Below are positions 59,872 to 64,000 of a stretch of DNA of 64,000 nucleotides, piece after piece. The notes below the pieces were generated by a model. It ran no database searches and was not told where the DNA came from. It saw only the letters and a list, made by a program, of their open reading frames with translations. The DNA lies in contig JAJYYV010000004.1 of assembly GCA_021800535.1 (NCBI GenBank), forward strand, positions 16,007 to 80,006, given 5' to 3'. The DNA is from a bacterium. Its GTDB lineage: Bacteria; Ratteibacteria; UBA8468; B48-G9; DTJG01. The position numbers and the translations under genes are program-made. Numbering within the stretch: the stretch's first letter is position 1; every line of letters begins with the position of its first letter.

Positions 59872-60540
59872 ATGATTATAGAAGAAAAAATAAGCCAGTT
59901 AAAAAAAGAAATAATTGAATATGCAAATCTTATAGAGAGAATGATTCAAAAGAGCATAGATGGTCTCCTTAAAAGAGAAAACAAATTACTAAATGAAGTT
60001 ATCCAGGATGATGAACCAGTGGCAAACAGATGGGAGATTGATATTGATGAGTTATGTACTGCAATTATTGCGCAGTTTGAACCAAAAGCAAAAGATTTAA
60101 GAACAATTCTGATGGCTTCCAAAATGAATAATGACCTTGAAAGAATGGGGGACCATGCTGTAAATATATCAGAAAGTGGTATTTTTCTTATTGATAAGCC
60201 GCCAATAAAACCTCTTATAGATATACCAAGAATGGCAGAAGAAGCGACAAAAATGTTAAAAGACAGTATAGAATCTTTTATCAGTGAGGATGCAAAGTTA
60301 GCAAAAAGTGTTTGCGAAAGAGATGATATTGTAGATGGTTTACATGACCAGATTTACAGGGAACTTATAACTTTTATGATATCAAATTCCTCTATAATTG
60401 AAATATCTTTACATCTCATCAGAATATCAAATAATCTTGAACGAATAGCAGACCTTACAACAAATATATGTGAAGATGTAATATTTATGACAGAAGGAAG
60501 GGTTATCAAACATCATGTAGAAGAAAATGGGAAAATATAA
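59872..60540 (+). CDS. phoU: Phosphate signalling protein PhoU
   Basis: P.AKDLR, DLERMGDH and LERIAD..TNICE motifs. Confidence 0.95.
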   Translation: MIIEEKISQLKKEIIEYANLIERMIQKSIDGLLKRENKLLNEVIQDDEPVANRWEIDIDELCTAIIAQFEPKAKDLRTILMASKMNNDLERMGDHAVNISESGIFLIDKPPIKPLIDIPRMAEEATKMLKDSIESFISEDAKLAKSVCERDDIVDGLHDQIYRELITFMISNSSIIEISLHLIRISNNLERIADLTTNICEDVIFMTEGRVIKHHVEENGKI

Positions 60541-61291
60541 AGCAATAATTACATATAAAGGAACAGAATTTTCTGGTTTACAGAAACAGAAAAATAAAAA
60601 AACCATCCAGTCAATTATAGAGCAATGTTTTAAGGGAATATTTAATAAACCTGTTTCCATTCAGGCCAGTGGAAGAACAGATAGCGGTGTCCATGGCCTT
60701 TCACAAATCATTTCTTTTCAGATTGACACAAAGATGGCGGTTTCTGAGATAAAAAAAGCCCTTAACAGTCAGCTTAAAAAATATGATATCTATATTAAAA
60801 AGGTGTCAGGGGTAAAATCTGTTTTTCACCCACGATATGATGCAAAAGGTAAAATTTACAGATATCTGATTTCCCAGAATTTTTCTCCGTTTTTAAAAAA
60901 CTTGGTCTGGTTTATCAGTCCAGATTTATCCCTTGAGAAAATGAAAAAAGCCAGTCAATATCTTATTGGAAAACACGACTTTTCATCTTTTTGTTCCACC
61001 GGTAGTTCTGTAAAATCTTATATACGGGAGATATACTGGATAAAAATAAAAAAAGAACGATTTACCATAGACCCGGATATAAAACTTATTTCCATTGAAA
61101 TATATGCATCCGGATTTTTGTATAAAATGGCACGGACAATTATAGGAACATTAGTGGATGTTGGGAAAAACAGATTATCTCCTGAAGAAATTAAAAAAAT
61201 TCTTGAAAGTAAAGACAGAAAACAAGCCTCACAAACAGCACCAGCTTGTGGCTTATATCTTAAAAAAGTATTTTACAGACAAATTATCTAA
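60527..61291 (+). CDS. truA: tRNA pseudouridine(38-40) synthase
   Basis: SGRTDSGVH, GKHDFSSF, FLYKM.R and TAPA.GLYL motifs. Confidence 0.94.
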   Translation: MGKYKAIITYKGTEFSGLQKQKNKKTIQSIIEQCFKGIFNKPVSIQASGRTDSGVHGLSQIISFQIDTKMAVSEIKKALNSQLKKYDIYIKKVSGVKSVFHPRYDAKGKIYRYLISQNFSPFLKNLVWFISPDLSLEKMKKASQYLIGKHDFSSFCSTGSSVKSYIREIYWIKIKKERFTIDPDIKLISIEIYASGFLYKMARTIIGTLVDVGKNRLSPEEIKKILESKDRKQASQTAPACGLYLKKVFYRQII

Positions 61292-61388
61292 TTCATTTAG
61301 AGGGATGCTTTTTTATAAAAGGTGGTATAATAATAAAAAGGAAAATATATAATTATTTAAGTAAGAAATTAAATAAAAGGTCAAATAA

Positions 61389-62663
61389 ATGGAATATAAA
61401 ATTTTAAAACATGATATGGATGTATTAAGAAAATTAGCAAAAAGAAAAATGGAAATTGCAAATGACCCTGTTAATTTAGAAAGAAAAGATTTATGGAAAT
61501 CCCTTCATAACCTTAATCCAAAAAGGCCCATGGTTCTTGCAGAACACGGTGGTGTACAGGATAAGAAAAAACCATTTGATATTATTTTTGAATGTGAAGA
61601 AAAATGGGCTCAGGATGTTGAAAGAAGATTAAAAGAAGAAATATGGATATTTGAAACTCTTAAAGATGACCATTGTGTAGAGCCATATTTTAATATAAAC
61701 TGGTTTTTTAATATAAGCGGATATGGGGTTGAATCAGTTGTTCATCATATAAATGCAGAATTTATGACTTCAGTAAAGTATGATTCGCCAATAAAAGACA
61801 TTAAAAAAGATTTTCATAGGCTTCATCCAAGAACATATTCTGTTGATGAGGAAGGGACACTTGAATATAAAAAAACACTTGAAAATGTTTTTGAAAATAT
61901 TATGCCTATAAGGATTAGAGGGGCTTTCTGGTGGACAATGGGATTGACAATTGTTGCAGTAACTTCACTTATAGGTCTTGAAAACCTTATGCTCTTTATG
62001 TATGATGACCCTGAAGGATTACAAATGCTTATGGAGTTTCTTAAGGAAGACCATATTGCTTTTGCAAAGTGGTTGGAAAAAAATGGTTATTTTTCTTTGA
62101 ATAATGAAAATGATTATATTGGTTCTGGTAGTATTGGATATGTAAGCGATTTACCATCTCCAACTTATAAAAAAAATAGCCCTGTGTCTACCAAAGACAT
62201 ATGGGTGCTTCTTGAAAGTCAGGAAACTGTTGGTGTAAGCCCTAATTTATTTGACAATTTTGTATTTAAATATCAAAAGGATATAGCTAAAGAATTTGGC
62301 CTTGTATATTATGGATGCTGTGAACCTGTTCATACCAGATGGGATGTTATATCCAGATTGAAAAATTTACGGGCTGTTTCTATTGCACCACTTTGTAATC
62401 AGGAAATAATGGCAGAGAAAATGAGGAATAAATATGTATTTTCCAGAAAACCCAATCCCACACTTATAAGCACAGAAAAATTTAATGAAGAATTGATAGA
62501 TAAGGATATTAAATATACCTTAGGACTTGTAGAAAAATATAATATTTGTCTGGAAATGATTATGAAAGATGTTCATACCCTTTCAAATCAACCTGAAAGA
62601 CTTGCAAGATGGGTAAAAATGGCAAAAGACTTAATTGGCGCAAAAGAATTAATTAGTACATAA
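61389..62663 (+). CDS. Conserved protein, UroD/MtaA-like TIM-barrel
   Basis: GLENLM..MYDDPE, SQET.GVSP, YYGCCEP, SRKPNP and MKDVHT motifs. Confidence 0.65.
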   Translation: MEYKILKHDMDVLRKLAKRKMEIANDPVNLERKDLWKSLHNLNPKRPMVLAEHGGVQDKKKPFDIIFECEEKWAQDVERRLKEEIWIFETLKDDHCVEPYFNINWFFNISGYGVESVVHHINAEFMTSVKYDSPIKDIKKDFHRLHPRTYSVDEEGTLEYKKTLENVFENIMPIRIRGAFWWTMGLTIVAVTSLIGLENLMLFMYDDPEGLQMLMEFLKEDHIAFAKWLEKNGYFSLNNENDYIGSGSIGYVSDLPSPTYKKNSPVSTKDIWVLLESQETVGVSPNLFDNFVFKYQKDIAKEFGLVYYGCCEPVHTRWDVISRLKNLRAVSIAPLCNQEIMAEKMRNKYVFSRKPNPTLISTEKFNEELIDKDIKYTLGLVEKYNICLEMIMKDVHTLSNQPERLARWVKMAKDLIGAKELIST

Positions 62664-62821
62664 TATCTGAATTTCTATTTATTTTTATAACCACCAATGA
62701 ACTTTTTCAAAAATCTTATTACTTAACATAATTAACAAATTTGTATATTATAATAAAATGTTGAATCTTAAAATATTAATTTTATTGTTTAAGTATAAAA
62801 TATAGTTTATGATTAATAATT

Positions 62822-63733
62822 ATGGAAAAAATAAAAAAATACCTGAAAAAGATTTTTGAAAAAAGAATTTTCTTTGATTGTGAAGCCTCAAAGATTACAA
62901 GTTTTAAAACCGGAGGGAAAATATCTATTCTTTTATTCCCTGAGAATAAAGGAGATATAGAATCTTTGTATCATATACAAAATCAGTATAATATTCCTGT
63001 AAAATTTTTAGGGCATGGTTCAAATGTTCTGATAAGTGATAAAGGATATAATGGTATCATTGCATTGACTGAAAAATTTTCAGATATTTCATTTGAAAAT
63101 AGAAATGTTTATGTTCAATCCGGAGTAAAAATAAATACTTTTCTTAAATTTTTAATAAATAACAACCTGAAAAATGGGGAGTTTATGTCCGGCATTCCAG
63201 GTTCTATTGGTGGAGTAGTAATTATGAATGCAGGGACAAAAGACAGATTTATCAGTTCCATAATTAGCAGAGTGGATATTTTTGACAGAAAAGGTAATTG
63301 GATTGAAAAGAATATTTCACAGATTAAAACAGAATACAGAACATCTTCATTAAAAGAGGATGCATTTTTTATTTATTCAGTTTTATTTAATCTTGAGCCT
63401 GGCAATTCTGTGGAAATAAAACTAAAAATGAAAGAAATGATGAATTATCGTATAAACACACAGCCGCTTGGTTATCCTTCTGCAGGCTCGGTTTTTAAAA
63501 ATCCAGAAGGATTTTCTGCGGGAAAACTTATTGAAGATGCAGGTCTAAAAGGGACCAAAATAGGAGATGCAAAAATTTCAGAAAAACATGCGAATTTTAT
63601 TATAAATACAGGAAAAGCGACCTCCTCTGATATTTATAGCCTTATTCAGATAGTAAAGGAAAAAATTTTCCAGAAATATGGTATAATTCTTGAAACAGAA
63701 ATAGAACTTATTGGTTTTGGGAATAATAAATAA
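62822..63733 (+). CDS. murB: UDP-N-acetylenolpyruvoylglucosamine reductase
   Basis: G.GSNVL, GIPGSIGG...MNAG, QPL.YPSAGSVFKNP and SEKHANFIIN motifs. Confidence 0.95.
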   Translation: MEKIKKYLKKIFEKRIFFDCEASKITSFKTGGKISILLFPENKGDIESLYHIQNQYNIPVKFLGHGSNVLISDKGYNGIIALTEKFSDISFENRNVYVQSGVKINTFLKFLINNNLKNGEFMSGIPGSIGGVVIMNAGTKDRFISSIISRVDIFDRKGNWIEKNISQIKTEYRTSSLKEDAFFIYSVLFNLEPGNSVEIKLKMKEMMNYRINTQPLGYPSAGSVFKNPEGFSAGKLIEDAGLKGTKIGDAKISEKHANFIINTGKATSSDIYSLIQIVKEKIFQKYGIILETEIELIGFGNNK

Positions 63734-63768
63734 TAATAAATTTGTTGTATTTTATTGTTAAAAATCAT

Positions 63769-63918
63769 AGATGCAAAAATCTCAGAAAAACATGCAAATT
63801 TTATTATAAATACAGGAAAAGCAACCTCTTCTGATATTTATAAACTTATCCATTTGATAAAAGAAAAAATTTTTCAGAAATATGGTATAATTCTTAAAAC
63901 AGAAATAAAGATTATTGG
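63769..63918 (+). pseudogene. Diverged duplicate of the murB 3' end
   Basis: 150 bp collinear with 63565-63714, with several synonymous differences. Confidence 0.85.
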
Positions 63919-63930
63919 AGAGGAGCAAAA

Positions 63931-64000
63931 ATGGGGAAAAACAGAATAATAGTTGATCCTAAAGTACATTTTGGTAAGCCTTATATAGCGGGTACAAGAA
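63931..64000 (+). CDS. DUF433-like (putative antitoxin) protein, partial
   Basis: AGGAG SD, then MGKNRIIVDPKVHFGKPYIAGTR, matching the I..DP....GKP.I.GTR motif. Confidence 0.75.
   Translation, partial: MGKNRIIVDPKVHFGKPYIAGTR

Noticed and set aside
62723..62737. Two TTAACA motifs upstream of murB as a Pho box
   Set aside because: Spacing is 9 bp rather than 11, and there are only two units.
63755..63949. 64-aa ORF as an independent gene
   Set aside because: It is the duplicated murB tail, with a TTG start and no SD.

Overview
AT-rich bacterial chromosome segment read with genetic code 11. The gene content (LPS and peptidoglycan genes, pyruvate:ferredoxin oxidoreductase, UroD-like paralogues, HEAT-repeat proteins) suggests an anaerobic diderm, possibly of the PVC-associated candidate phyla (inference). 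Most of the window is housekeeping: a CsoR-regulated metal efflux operon, cysH, rplM, homocitrate synthase/aconitase, gatA, hldE-kinase, kdsB, pyrG, phoBR, clpB, hps, porAB, nikR, rlmN, murGC, rhaA, pstSCAB-phoU, truA and murB. Three accessory areas stand out. (1) A ~10 kb minus-strand array (2.4-12.3 kb) of headless Rhs C-terminal cassettes, each with a different Cys-rich tip followed by a membrane protein or an exported/membrane-anchored beta-propeller putative immunity gene. It shows visible recombination scars and unusual hypervariable inserts inside the Rhs core. (2) A tRNA-Asn(GUU) gene split by a 240-nt group I intron between anticodon positions 35 and 36. It is preceded by a small GIY-YIG gene bracketed by a duplicated tRNA 5' end and followed by inverted and direct copies of the tRNA 3' end. 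(3) An orphan pair encoding a replication-relaxation-like nuclease and a VirD4/TraD-like coupling ATPase. Smaller observations include a MITE-like element whose empty site also occurs in the window, an ATC-initiated site-2 protease, a frameshifted DUF362 gene, a leaderless csoR and a diverged duplicate of the murB 3' end.
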